From Octopus vulgaris (lineage: Eukaryota): a stretch of 64,000 nucleotides of DNA. Below, one piece after another: positions 12,862 to 27,679 of the stretch (position 1 is the stretch's first letter; each line of letters opens with the position of its first letter). The position numbers and the translations under genes are program-made. The notes under the pieces are model-generated. The model did not search any database and was not told the origin of the DNA. It worked only from the letters and a program-made list of their open reading frames with translations. The stretch spans positions 107,136,001 through 107,200,000 of the forward strand of contig OX597819.1 of assembly GCA_951406725.2 (NCBI GenBank), written 5' to 3'.

Positions 12862-15226
12862 TATAACCTTGGACTTCGCAAAACTGGAACAGTCAAATTT
12901 ACATGCGATTACAAACTAGCTGTTTAATTATTTTAAAAATTAAGTACGCAGTAACTTTCAGTAATCTGAAATGCAAGATGTGACTATATTGATAGGGATA
13001 AAATTTCGGCCTATCTGCAAAGAAGAAATGATCTGAATAAACTGCATATTCCCACCATATTATGGTCTGGAATAACGGAATCAATTCTACGAGGTTTTGC
13101 CTAAAATAGGATAGATTTGATCCCGTCATTGTGTTGAAAGGCTTTTCATGAAACGCATAGACACGTAATTCAAAGAATGGTAGAATAAACCGTCAATGCG
13201 AAACTTGATGTTACAGTCATGATGAAGTTAATAACAAATTTTACTCTTTTTTCAGTATTGAGTTAGCTTGTCAGCAAAAGTCCTGTGCTTTTTAACTAGC
13301 TTTCATATAACAATTTCACTTTAACATATTCTTATATATTTATAAAATATATAAATAAATGTATTAGCTCGTGTGTGTGTGTGCGTGTGCGTATGCGTGT
13401 GCTTAAGTGTGTGCGCACGCTTGAGTGTAAGTATTCATGGATGTACGTATGTATATTCCTCAAAATAAATTAGTTTTGTTTTCTAGGCCTCATTATATTC
13501 TATTATTTTATTACAGTAAACACGAACTAATTTAATATTTATCGAGCTCTCTCCTGAAATGATTTGCACGAATAAACCATTTTTTTTCATATTTACTAGA
13601 CAATCATTCCCAATAATTACTATTTTACTCATGTCTATAAAATTATTTTAAATTGTTTTCAGAATTATTTATATTTACGAAAGTATTGTTTTTAAAAACT
13701 TTTCACAAGAAAATTTATCGCATAAGAATTCTCAATATTTTCTGCCCCTCCCAATACATTCCAGAACACAAGGTTAAACTGTGGGTTTGACAGGCTCCTT
13801 AAATCTAATCGCCAATCGATCTGGAGATGGCTCTCAATGAAACTAGTAACCCCAGCAGGCTCAAATCTGTTTCAAACGAAGGGGGTGAACATTAAACATG
13901 GTCGGCAAATTTCATACCGATACTCTCTTAAAATACATCGGTAGCATATTACCGTAAACATCATCATCTTCACGTGAGCGTATTATACCGTGTTTAAATC
14001 TAAACGAAAATAGTGAAAATTAGACTCGAGTAGCTGGTGAAGGCTTCAAACTCTGGAGGTGCTCTGCAGCATAGAAGAGACGACCCGGTCGTCATCCAAT
14101 TACTGTTGTGGAAAAAGTTATGGGAGATAAGTAAATATATCAACGGAATATTTTCTAGGAAGTGAACTAAGGAAGCAAGGATTCTAAAGAGAAAAACTAG
14201 TCTGATTATCAATCTAGTACTCTGTATCAGGAACGGAAAATATCTCTCTGACTTCGAAATTGAAGGAATATAGAGAAATGTGTATCCAGAATTAAATGGA
14301 GCAGCATATCACAATCGGATATTTGACAATAATCCCTTTGAGAATCAGGCGAATGCGACCGAGGTAAACAACTAGAATACGATACTGGCAGTTGAAATGC
14401 AAGCAAGAAACGTACAAGGGAAAAGGAATTCGTCGAGAATCGCATCGATGAAGAGCGGCTAGAAATTCGGGAAAGAAAGTAGGCTGTAAGTGATAAAGTC
14501 GGAGGACCTAGAATCAATCAATCTGCGGAAAATGGGGCACTATGAATAATGATTAAGGAAAAAGCAACATAAATTAACATTGTGATAGTTGAGATTACGT
14601 GAGAAATCTTGTAATCAACCTATTGATTGTAGCAGGTACTATTGTTGTTGCGGAATTGTTGGGAAAGAAAAGGATAAAATGACCAGCCGATGCCCTGTGG
14701 CAAAAGGTGAATACGAATGAAGATCAGTGGCCTTATGAACGATATAAGTCAATTGGACAAGTAGAAAGAAAGAAGAGAAAGATAAAATAGTTTAAATGTA
14801 TCGCATAAAGAAGACAAGAAATTGTGACGACCATAAAACTAGCTGAGTGAGTAAAAGTAAAAGTTGTTATGATCGGTAATTTTTGCATATTTCAAGCAAA
14901 TCAGAAACCTATTTATTATTCTTGAAGGAAAAGAAAGAAGTGGTTTCATAGGTACGAAATTGGGTACAAAATTCAGTTTAATCTACCAGATTTACATATA
15001 AGCGGAACAAAGGTAATTTTAAGTGCACTTTTGCTGTGACTAAAATGACAAAAGTATTATATATACAAATACGGCGGCGTCCACTCTGTCCCTCTTACTG
15101 TTCTGTTTACGACGAAGTTGTATCATCAACATGATAGATGTTTGAGACTTTCTCTCTTAATAATTTTAATTTAGATAACCTACATACGCAAAGACTGCAA
15201 AAATATTTTGGTATACCGAATAGTGT

Positions 15227-15530
15227 GGAGGTGCAATGGCCCAGTGGTTAGTGCAGCGGACCGGCGGTCGGAGGATCGCGGTTTCAATACCCAGACCGGG
15301 CGTTGTGTGTGTTTATTGAACGAAAACACCTAAAGCTCCACGAGGCTCTGGCAGGGGGTGGTGGCGACCCCTGTTGTACTCTTTCGCCCCGACTCTCTCT
15401 CACTTTTTCGTCCTGTTTCTTGAGTAACGCTGCGATGGACTGGTGTCCCGTCCAGCTGGGGGAACACATACACCATAGAAACCGGGAAACCGGGCCAATG
15501 AGCCTGACTAGGCTTGAAAAGAACGCATAA
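15227..15530 (+). mobile_element. tRNA-derived SINE
   Basis: ggaggtgcaatggcccagtggttag...ggtttcaatacccagacc head; near-identical head at 53270. Confidence 0.85.
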
Positions 15531-15949
15531 AAAATTTTTTTTAATACCGAATAGTAAAAGTTAGTACAACTAAATGAGTATATATCCAAAATAAAATTCC
15601 ACTGCGGCAGATATAAGAAAGAATTATTTAATATTGAAAGATAGTCTTACAAAAACACTGTCACAAATTACCAAACATTTAATTATGTGTCGATTCCTAA
15701 CTCGGGTAACTGTACAGGAGTTATACTGAGACTATGAGAAACATCAATTTCAGATTGACAAGATGGTCTTGAAAACGTACGGTAAGTTATATATAATTTT
15801 GCAAAGCGAGTGCGCTAGTCACATAAAAGCATAAAAATAATCATACACTCGGCTATCACTTGATGCCTCGAACTGATAAATCGACAAACTTGCTTTCCAC
15901 TTAGGACAATTGTCCTTCTCTACTGCCTAGTCTGTACTCTTTACTCGGG

Positions 15950-16500
15950 TATCACTTTTAAACGTGGCCTCTGCTCAAACATAAATTTCATTATCCCCAC
16001 TATTATTAGTAAAGTTGTTTTACTCTCACAATGGTGTACTGCTTCAAAATATCCTCATGATCTTTTTAGGGTCTGTAGCATACTCCACAAAGTTCAACAC
16101 CATCCTCAACTATGCAGCAAAGATGAAAGCAAGCATTTATGGACAACCACAACAATATTTCTGTCGTGGTTCACATGTGTTCATACACACTTCCATATCA
16201 GTATGTGGGTAAGGGTGATGCGCACCAGATACACCAGCATCGTTCAGTCTTCCTTTTTTCTCAGCTATAATCCCCAAGCACACACTTCTATCGGCCCTGC
16301 CTCGTCGATGGAAAACCTGCTTTAACACACATCGACAAATGTTTGTCCGAAAATATTTTCACATTTTTTCTGCACTCGGTTTTTGAAAAATACTATAATT
16401 CCTCTGACGAAACTGGACTAACTTTTTGAAATATTTCCGAGATATTTTTTCTTGAGTGAAATTTTTATAGTAGCATATCATTTCTGGGTCGCAAAAGTAC
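15950..16500 (-). mobile_element. possible Tc1-like transposase remnant
   Basis: Minus-strand peptide HRRGRADRSVCLGII resembles the R..GGGSVMVWG.I motif; heavily decayed. Confidence 0.35.
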
Positions 16501-16999
16501 CGAAAATGTATTCACTGCAGTAGTTGCTTTTCTTATTAATGTTTACGCTTTTTCCAGTTTATTTTGTCAATCAGTGTATTTTTCATATTTACGAAAGTAT
16601 CTGCTTTGATCAATTGTCATATTCTGCTGTTTTTCTTTTGAAGAGCTCGATATTGTTCTTTTCAAAATGTCAAACGTTTTCTTGTAAATGTTTCGAGGCA
16701 TACTCGTTACTATTATCTTTATGGCTAGCAACCCATCCTGCTACCCCCAGATGATACAAATATTCACTATTAAAAAGATGCAATTGTTCTTAGGAAAGAA
16801 AAGTATTATAAGTGACTGAGTAAAAACGTTACGAATCACCCAAGCGAAATGGAGTAGACCATCAAATAACCTAAACTTTGTTGGCAGCAAGAACAAAGGA
16901 AAATATTTTCTGGTAAAGAAATATGATAAAAATATTTCCAACTTCACAAGATGTCCTTATTTAGTGAATAACAGCTAAAGCAACAATAGCTGCTACAAC

Positions 17000-17253
<254 letters not shown>

Positions 17254-17255
17254 TT

Positions 17256-17706
17256 TATAAAGATCTTGAAATAGAAATCAGCATAAACTGAGCAAATATA
17301 AAGATCTTGAAATAGAAATCAGCAAAATGTGGAAGCTGAAGACTAAAACAATACCTGTTGTCATAGGTGCCCTGGGAATGATAGCAAAAGGGGCAGATAG
17401 CTACCTAACTCAGATACCAGGAAACCCAAAAATGGCAGAAATTCAAAAGATAGTGCTCATGGGAACTGCTCATATCCTACGCAAAATACTTTCTATGTAA
17501 TCTCAAGGTTTAAAACAAACATAATTTTCGGTTTAAAAAAAAAAAAAAATTTTTTTTTAGACATTCATTAGTACAACACCCCACCCCCCAAATATATGGC
17601 ACACTAGGCATAACAACAACATGAACTTCGAACCCTGTTGTCTCTTGAGGTCTCTGGGTGAGACTTGGAGCCAACTTGTATAAATATAAAGCAAAAGTCA
17701 AACATA

Positions 17707-17708
<2 letters not shown>
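17256..17708 (+). mobile_element. 5'-truncated R4/Dong-type LINE 3' end (end of REL domain + 3'UTR)
   Basis: Translates KLSKYKDLEIEISKMWKLKTKTIPVVIGALGMI...EIQKIVLMGTAHILRKILSM*, homologous to the C-terminus at 32200-32419; flanked by (TAA)n on both sides. Confidence 0.9.
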
Positions 17709-18983
<1,275 letters not shown>

Positions 18984-19022
18984 AATAATAATAACAACAA
19001 CAACAACAACAGCAACAACAAC

Positions 19023-19064
<42 letters not shown>

Positions 19065-19068
<4 letters not shown>

Positions 19069-19596
19069 GCCCTGATGCAGTACCAGTCCGTGGTTCTCCT
19101 GGCTTCTGATCTTAACTGACTGGAAGTGACATCAAGTACATTTTTTTTGTCGTGGTATAAAACATGGACTACAGCAAATACTGTCCTCGATACCACAGAT
19201 TTGCTTGTCAGTTGTTTGAGCTTAACCAGCTGACCATGTCCCTTAGTAGCTGATGATATGTGCATCTTTGATTACGAGCAAAATTAGTGGGGGAGCATCA
19301 TAGCCACGCGTTTAGAGTATCCGGAAACGAGTGTATTCCATTCAACATCCTTAAATAACACATATTCAGCGATTTCTTGAGTTTGATTGGCCACTCAACC
19401 AGAAGAGAATTCTAAAGTGGGCCCCAACTGCAAGGTCATGTGCTATTTATCTTGATGTGAGATCACCTTGTCGTGCACATATGGTTGTGATGCATGTACC
19501 TGGTGTACCCTTATCAGACGAGTAGTCATGATGGGTATATTGGGCCTCGTATACTTTACCCCAGTGTCACTGATGGCATGCACAGCACTCTCACTC

Positions 19597-19597
<1 letters not shown>
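19065..19597 (+). mobile_element. ~530 bp non-coding interspersed element bounded by (TAA)n
   Basis: Collinear homolog at 37255-37780; both end in ctcactc followed by (aat)n; strand assignment is assumed. Confidence 0.8.
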
Positions 19598-19633
<36 letters not shown>

Positions 19634-19639
19634 GCAACA

Positions 19640-19850
19640 CTTTCTACTATAGTCACAAAGCCTCAAATTTGGGGGAGGGGATAGTCGATTTCATGGACCC
19701 CAATGTTTTATACTGGTACTTAATTTAGCGACCCCGAAAGGATAAATGGTAAGGTTGATCTCGGCGGAATCTGAACTCAGAACACAAAGACAGACGAAAC
19801 GTCGCTAAGCATTGTGCCCGGTGTGCTAACGATTCTACCAGCTTGCCGCC
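19640..19850 (-). mobile_element. SINE (same family as 6.1-7.1 kb)
   Basis: gaccccgaaaggat...ctcggcggaatctgaactcagaac core. Confidence 0.85.
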
Positions 19851-19878
19851 TGATAACGATGATGACGATGATGATGAC

Positions 19879-19933
<55 letters not shown>

Positions 19934-21177
19934 GCCATAATAATTATTATTTTATTGCGAGATTGTTTTGCCCTTTTGAGTGCAGATATGTGTGTGGTTG
20001 GATTTGACAGTTAACTTCAATGGCGTTACTCGGCACGTCAAGGACTATCCTCGGATCCTACTCGACAAATTCCCTAGCTACCTTTGTGTCATACTTAGTC
20101 TGATCCAGTTTGCCAAGGGCTTTTGCTACATTATCAAAACTCGCATTCGTGCTGTAAACAGGCTATACATTTCGCATTAATGATGCTGCTACAACTTTTG
20201 GTGGTCACAACGGTGATGATGTATGAGTTAGCAGCAGCAATATTGTTGCTTGTATCATCATCTGTTAATGTACTGTTGGAGTGGTGGTAGTGGTGGACAT
20301 GTTTGTCCGTGGTGCTAAACTTTGTTCGTGAATGAGCAGGTGTTATTTGATTTTAACTTCCCTTTGATGTCGTTTGCTCCTCTTGTAGTTGTTGTTTACA
20401 TCACTGCTGAAGTTACTACCACTTATCGTAGTGGCGCTGTTAGTGTTAGAAACTGAAGTTTGAACTTCACAATGGGGAGACTGTCTGCTCATAGAAAGCG
20501 TCGAGGAGATTTTAGTGACAAATTATATTTCATTTTGAAATCATGTCCCAATTCCCTCTTTTGTTGATCTGCTGGCGGGGAAGATATTATCCTCTAAATT
20601 AATGGCTTTTTGTTCCAGAAAAAAAATTTTAAAAAAACATTATTTTGACGTTCTAGAAAACATTTTCTCTTTCTTGATTCATATTAAATCAGCTCTTTTA
20701 AAATCCCTATGAGGTATAACATGCAAACACATACCATCACAAGCAGTAAAATAATTATAGTTATTATAATCTGTTATAGGAAATTTTAGTTTCTTTTATA
20801 GCCAAAAGCGTCTGAGAGACTGGTGTTTGTGTGAAAGTGAAATACATGAGGAAAACAACAAACAAGCGACGGCAGTGTATGTTCATCGAGGAAAAATACG
20901 CGCACGCATGCACACACACATACATACACACTCACGCACATATACATACAAACACACGCGCACACACACAAACACTTAAAACATACACACTAGCACACAA
21001 AAACTTCATTGATCTCTGTGATATTATCGCATCCTTCTATCTCTCAGTGGCTCTCTAAATATGCAGCATATGCACATCCCTGCACGGGAAAATAATTGAG
21101 TATTTGCGGGCGCGGATTTGCATCTTAGTGTATTTGCGTGCGCAGATTTGGTGCTAGGTATGAGCGTGTGTGTGTGT

Positions 21178-21239
<62 letters not shown>

Positions 21240-21380
21240 GTGTGGTAATGATATAATAAGAAGGATATGTTTGATGATTTAAGCTTTATAAAACATACGT
21301 GTGTTTCAGTAAATCAACTGACAGTATTTATTCAGTTTGATGAAATTATAGAACTTCATCGAAGTTTTCATTTTGGTCAA

Positions 21381-21419
<39 letters not shown>

Positions 21420-22174
21420 CATACATATAAGAGGGAAATTTACCACTATGTGGAAACCCTTATGCTAGAAGAGGATCCGCTATGGTCTTACCACTAAGAA
21501 TTGTTCTCTAGAAAATTTAGCAAACCCCAGTAACGTAAGCGAGCAAGACAAATGAAAAATAACAAAATATAGATTAATCATAAACAAATGTTTATTACCT
21601 GTCACCACAACACACAGTCAGAGAGATGTACACACTTATACACCCTCACACTCACGCCCACACACAGACACACTCATGTATATTACGTCATCGTTGTCGT
21701 TGTGGAATAAAATGTCCTTTACTATCTCGTACTTAAACACACACAAAGGTGAAAGAATAAAGTGAAACAATATTATATTCTTATCACATTAGAATTAAAA
21801 ATGAAAGAATAAAAGCGAAGCATTATTATATCACACAAGGAAATCAATCTGTAAGCAGAAAGCGCAAATCCCATTTCAGCATATAAAGCTGTAGAAGAAA
21901 ATAGCTTGAGTGAAAAAACTTCAGCAACTTTAAGATATCTTTTTCTAACGCATGAACGCCCAGTGGCTTGGTTGAATTCTCAATGGTTAGTAATGAAAGG
22001 TTATCGGCAGTATCACAACGGTTTTCAATAGAGGAAGAAATGTAAATAGTGTTTTTTAAATAGAAAGAGTGCAAAAATTTAAAAATAAATTGAGAAATGT
22101 TGTAGGGAGAACGTACAAATACTGTGAGGACAAATACGCATGACAAAACTGAAATACACTAAAGTCAATTTTCA

Positions 22175-22209
<35 letters not shown>

Positions 22210-22299
22210 AAAGAGAGGAAGTATTGCAGTGTGTGAAGGTAAGAAAAAGAAAGAGAAGAGATAAATAGAGAGTAAAGAGAGAGAATAGCTTGAAAACTG

Positions 22300-22520
22300 C
22301 AGAAGTCAAAGGGAGAGAATCGGTTGAAAACTGCAGTTTTTGGAAAAACCCATGTAAAAACACTTTTTCTCACGGTCGGTTTCTTCCATTACTCTTGGCA
22401 AAATGTTATAGTGCATGACTATCCTTGGCACATACGTAATGTGTGTGTAAAGTTTGATGAAAATCGATTGAAAACTGTAGAAGTGCATATGTACTGCACA
22501 CACACACATCCTTTGCTTTA
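22300..22520 (-). mobile_element. probable non-autonomous Helitron 5' portion
   Basis: gtttgatgaaaatcgattgaaaactgtag...cacacacatcctttgctttatata resembles the reverse complement of the 5' part of 10843-11242; 3' CTAG not found. Confidence 0.4.
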
Positions 22521-22739
22521 TATATATATATATATATATATATCCGTTACGGAGTGAGGGAAATGCTCACATACATATTTGCACACACTAGGGTGGAGGG
22601 AAGGAAAACCGATAACCTCAAAGCAATGGAGATTCAATGGTGAGAATAACATTAACAACAAAGTTACCAGCCACTGTGGCAATAAAATTTCTTTTACGAA
22701 ATGAAATAGAAATGGAATTTTGCAGGGGTTTTCTTCTCA

Positions 22740-23120
22740 ACACTAAGAGAACAATCCATCCAAACTAACCAGCGATTCATAACCATAAAGGCGATGGAAT
22801 ACAAAGATTATGGCAGCTTAAAGCGAAAATTATCCCTGTTATCGCAAGTAACCTTGGTAACATAAAAGGGGGATATTAGAAAACACCAAGATAACATCAC
22901 GGGAGAATCATATCTCAAAGAAATCCGAAGGCTGTGCTGTTTACAAGTACCGCCCACAGTTTAAATTAAATATTGCAGTTGTATTTTATAAATGTATATC
23001 TGTACAGCTTTCCCTACATTCTCTCCACATGCATTCAATTATATTTAAACAACTCTTAACCTTCACTTACCTTAGGGCGCTTGGCGTGACGTGGTAAATT
23101 GGTTGTAACAAATACGTAGA
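22740..23120 (+). mobile_element. old R4/Dong-type LINE 3' end remnant
   Basis: LWQLKAKIIPVI...LKEI..TSTAH remnant plus a 3'UTR motif shared with the other copies. Confidence 0.6.
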
Positions 23121-23249
23121 TTAAAAGCTAATTAATGATAATGGTGATAATGACGAGGGGGAGGAAGAGGAGGATGGTGATTCTGATGATGATCATGACC
23201 ATGATGACGATGATGATGATGATGATAAATTTACGTGAAAGTGGTATGA

Positions 23250-23640
23250 ACACAAGAAAGATGTTGCTATGGCAAATGATAATTAAAGATTTCATGAGAA
23301 ATCTTTTCTATAAGGACTGATCACAGTATTGAAGTAAAGAGACCAGGAATGACTGTAGAAGAGGAAGAGAATAAACATTACAATTTCATTGACTTTGCAA
23401 ATTCCGTATGATAATAGAGTGAATGTCAAGGACGCTGAGAAAATTGAGAAATATTAAGATCAACATCGAAACCACTACCGAAAAAGCTGAGGATTATTGG
23501 ATTTGAGAGACGTATTGTCTATTTTCAGAGATGTCCAATCCTGTATTCTCCAAGAATGCTGATAACGTTTTATGAAATTTGAAGAGACTTGTCACCAAAC
23601 CGCAAGGTAAATTCTGCTAACTAAATTAACTTGCAATAGC
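23250..23640 (+). mobile_element. R4/Dong-type REL endonuclease remnant
   Basis: TDHSIEVKRPGM...FIDFA/IPYDNRVNVKDAEKIEKY; followed by long (TAA)n. Confidence 0.7.
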
Positions 23641-23645
23641 TTTTG

Positions 23646-23710
<65 letters not shown>

Positions 23711-23723
23711 CAACAACAACAAC

Positions 23724-23755
<32 letters not shown>

Positions 23756-23787
23756 CAACAATAATAACAATAATAATAATAATAACG

Positions 23788-23854
<67 letters not shown>

Positions 23855-23874
23855 TAATAATAATAATAATTATG

Positions 23875-23940
<66 letters not shown>
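23646..23940. repeat. (TAA)n/(CAA)n microsatellite
   Basis: Direct reading. Confidence 0.97.
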
Positions 23941-24089
23941 TTTATAAGATTGAGGTAATTCCTCCAGAAGATATAGAAGCAAAAATATAAGTGTGCATTT
24001 GTTATTAAGTGAACGATATTTCGAAATCTCGTGTGTCTTCCACAGGTTCAAAAAATAAACTTGTCAATCTACAAAATGTTGGTTAATAT

Positions 24090-25485
24090 TTTTAGGATTG
24101 AGATAACTCCTCCAGAAGATATAGAAGCAAAAATAGAAGAGTGTACAGATGAAAAGTTGATACCAGATAACATTGAAAGTCAAAGCTATTGGAGTGACAT
24201 CCGGAGTAAAGACAAGGAGCACAAGAAGGATAGTGAATGGTTGCAAGAACTGAAACAAACAGTAGTGTGTCCAAAACAGGCTGAACTAGTAATTTCAGAT
24301 AGGGATTTGGAGGAAATCAGCAAACAAGTGGGCAACTGGAAGGTCCCGGGACCAGATGGAGTTCAAGGCTACTAAATCAAAATATTTGGTGAACGTCATG
24401 CACGAATAGGAGCACAACTCAACGTCTTGTTAAATTCCGACCAAGTAACACGAAAGTGATTGACAATCTCTCTGCCTGAAAAACATCGAAAAAGACAATA
24501 CGGTAGACAATTACAAGCCGATATCCTGGTTGCCACCTATGTGAAAATTATTGACTGGAATAGTTACAGAATCAATGTACGAACATCTGGGAAAAATGGA
24601 GCCCTGTCACATAAATAGAAGGGTTGCAAGCGTAAGTGCAGAGGTACCAAGGATCAACTCCTGGTAGACAAAACTGTATTTAGAGACTGGAAGAGTAGGA
24701 AAGCTAACTTAGCCATGTCAAGGATCGATTATCGTAAGGCGTACGATATAATCCTTATTTGGTATTGCATCGAATGTTGAGCGATTGTTTGGAAAAAAGT
24801 ATGGCGAAGTGGAGGACGGAACTGACATCATATGGAAGAAGTTTAGGGACAATAGAAATCAGGAGATGTATCTTACAAGGGAACTGCCTGTCCCCACTGA
24901 TCTTTGTACTGTGCATGATACCACTAACACTGATTCTGAGGAAAGTAAAGGCTGGTTATGTATTCAAAAGCCAACAACAAAATGTCAACCAATTGTTATT
25001 CATGGATCACCTCAAGCTTTATGGTAAAGATGAATCCCAACTCAGTTCCCTTGTTGCTGCGGTGTATACCTCCAGTGCTGATATCAGAATGGAGTTCGGA
25101 CTGAAAACGTGTGGTGTGTTAGTCGTGCAGAGAGGCAAAATCAAATGTATGGGTGGTCTAGGGGTACCGTCGAGGGAGGTTATGAAGGCGATAGAAGAGA
25201 CGGGCTCAACTTGGGGATATTGGAAATGTCGAAATTAAACGGACGGAATAAGATTCAAGCTATCAACACTTGAGCGGTTTCATTATTTAGATATGGGGCA
25301 GGGGTAATCGCATGGACTGTAGATGAACTAAGCAGCTTATACAGAAAGACAAGGAAGTTGCTGACTAGATATAGGATACTCTACCCAAAAAGTGACTCAG
25401 ATAGACTGTATGTACCACGAAAAAAGGGGGAGAGGACTTATTTGATGCGAACACAACATTAGAGCAGAGGAAAACAACATAGCAT
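24090..25485 (+). mobile_element. decayed R4/Dong-type LINE RT region
   Basis: [62 protein letters not shown]; multiple stops. Confidence 0.9.
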
Positions 25486-25639
25486 TACCGGCACAATATT
25501 CTGGAACACGAAAGATGGAGACGCATTGCGCAAGAAAATGGTTCATATTTGGTTGATTAAAAATCTAATGGCAAGTATTTATTGACCTTTTTCTTTCCTT
25601 TAAAATTCGGCACGAACTTTGCGGACAATCCAATAAATG

Positions 25640-26550
25640 GCGGCAAGAATCATTAGAGCCATAAATTCCTTGGTTTATGCCAGTATTGAGATACTCTGCT
25701 CCGTTTCTAAAATGGACAAATATCGAGCTACGGAACTCGACCAGAAGAACTAGAAAGCCGCTCACAATGCATTAATCACCCCACCCTAATACCGATCGAC
25801 CCTACCTACCAACAAATATAAGTTTTGGAGGATTACTAAACACAAAAGACACTCTTAATATGCGATATTGGCACTGAAAAATTATGTTGTGTAGAGTAAT
25901 GAAAGAATACTTTCGGCAGCCTGAAATACCCATTAAATCACAGAAACTGTAGGAAAATTCAAACAGAAAAGGAAGGACAAAAGAATAAATAGATGCAAAG
26001 AAATGAAACTGCATGGCCAATTATTGCAATAAACCGAGTATGCTGGAAGTAAAGATCGTTGGCTCTGGCTGATAGTCGGGAACTTGAAACGAGAGACAGA
26101 AACGCTTTTTATCTCCGCACAGGAACAAACCATTAGAACAAATCTGATAAAAGTAAAGATCGACAAAACCCAGCAAGATAGGAAATGTAGAATCTGCTGG
26201 AAAGAACAGGAGAGTACCAATGGCATTTTGAGTGCGTGCTGTATAAGCGCAGACATGACTGTGTAGGCGAAAGTGTGCATCGGGATATAGGTCGTGTGTG
26301 TGGCTTCAAAACAACAGAAAAATAGTATGAACACGAACCAGAGGCTGTGACAAAAAATGAGAATAGCAAGATCTTGTGATATTTCACGGTAAACACTGAC
26401 CCTTCTATTGAAGTAAGAAGACTGGAGAAGATCAAAGAGGATAAAATAGACAAAGAGTACAAGATCATAGATTTTTGCAATTCCCTGACAGCAGAGCGGA
26501 TACAAAAGAAGTTGAAAAAACAAATGAGAAATATCGTGATCTACCCAGCG
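25640..26550 (+). mobile_element. decayed R4/Dong-type LINE, thumb to REL region
   Basis: LHGQ, LKRETETLFISAQEQTIRT, CRIC, RHDCV, HEPEAVT, IDFAIP, KYRDL remnants. Confidence 0.8.
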
Positions 26551-26719
26551 AACGTGATGTTGGAAGTGGGAAGGAGGAGGAGGAGGAGGAGGAGGAGGAG
26601 GTGGTGGAGGGGGGAGAGGAGAAGAAGAAGAAGAAGAAGAAGAAGAAGAAGAGCAAAAACAAAGCAGCTCATGTTCAAGTAATCAAAAAAAAAATAAAAG
26701 AAAGAAATGCTTGCGCATG

Positions 26720-27330
26720 TAGTGTTTCTGAATGTAAAATGCTGGTTCCGATTATTCATAAGAATTGGAGACATGACAAAATTGCTTCCATTGAACATCG
26801 GCGAAATTATTATATGCTTTGATTCAGACATTTGCAAAATGTATTTGACAATAAAACAGAAACCGTTCTTGAAAACAACCATGTAATGGTATTATGTAGT
26901 ATGAAAATTAAAATGTTTATGCAAATAGAAAATTCACGTTCAACTAATGTAGTACTCAATTTATAAAACCGATTGTAGCATAACTGATTTTACTTGCCCG
27001 TTTGATACAGGGAGATAGACAAAACTATACAGGGAGATAGATAAAACTATACCAGGGTCTAAAACATGAATTTCGGAGAATCTGGAATTACTAAAAATTA
27101 ACATTATCCAAATTCTGATGAGAGCTCTAGCAACGTTTATAAAACTTATAAATGATCGGTCAACGATGCTGGATATAGATATGCATTTCTTGATTTAGAG
27201 AAATATTCAGATTGCTTAGTTTGGCAATGCAAGGATTTTGCAAAAGATGCCAGGTGCCTATAGTTGAGTAAGGTAGCTTCATGTCTAACAATCCAGTACC
27301 GGCCAAGCAACAACGAATAGCGAGTAAAAG
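26720..27330 (+). mobile_element. old R4/Dong-type 3' remnant
   Basis: SECKML..RHDKIAS, IKLYQGL, LGNARILQK-like remnants ending before (TAA)n. Confidence 0.55.
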
Positions 27331-27377
27331 AAAGGAATAATGGTAGTAATGATTATCATATTAGCAATAATAATAAC

Positions 27378-27454
<77 letters not shown>

Positions 27455-27679
27455 GGAGAGAACACCGGGGACGTTTAAGATGTAAGAAGGAAAATACAGA
27501 GCTCCGAAATCTATCCACAAACATCGAAAACAAGGACATCCTATGGAGCCAAAGATTTACTAACAAAGAATTGGACTGTATCCGAGTAAGTAATACTAAT
27601 TGAAATTTATTACTATTTTCGAAACGAAATGATGTATTTTGACTCGATATTATCTCCACCTCTAACACAACACATGTAA

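Noticed and set aside
13780-14200. Possible old LINE RT remnant (LKYIGSIL)
   Set aside because: A single weak motif; too decayed to call
15227-15300. Functional tRNA genes at SINE heads (also 53268, 60396, 63505)
   Set aside because: Imperfect cloverleaves that continue into SINE bodies
27113-27135. ctgatgagagctct as a hammerhead core
   Set aside because: No downstream GAAA or stems; it lies in decayed LINE coding sequence
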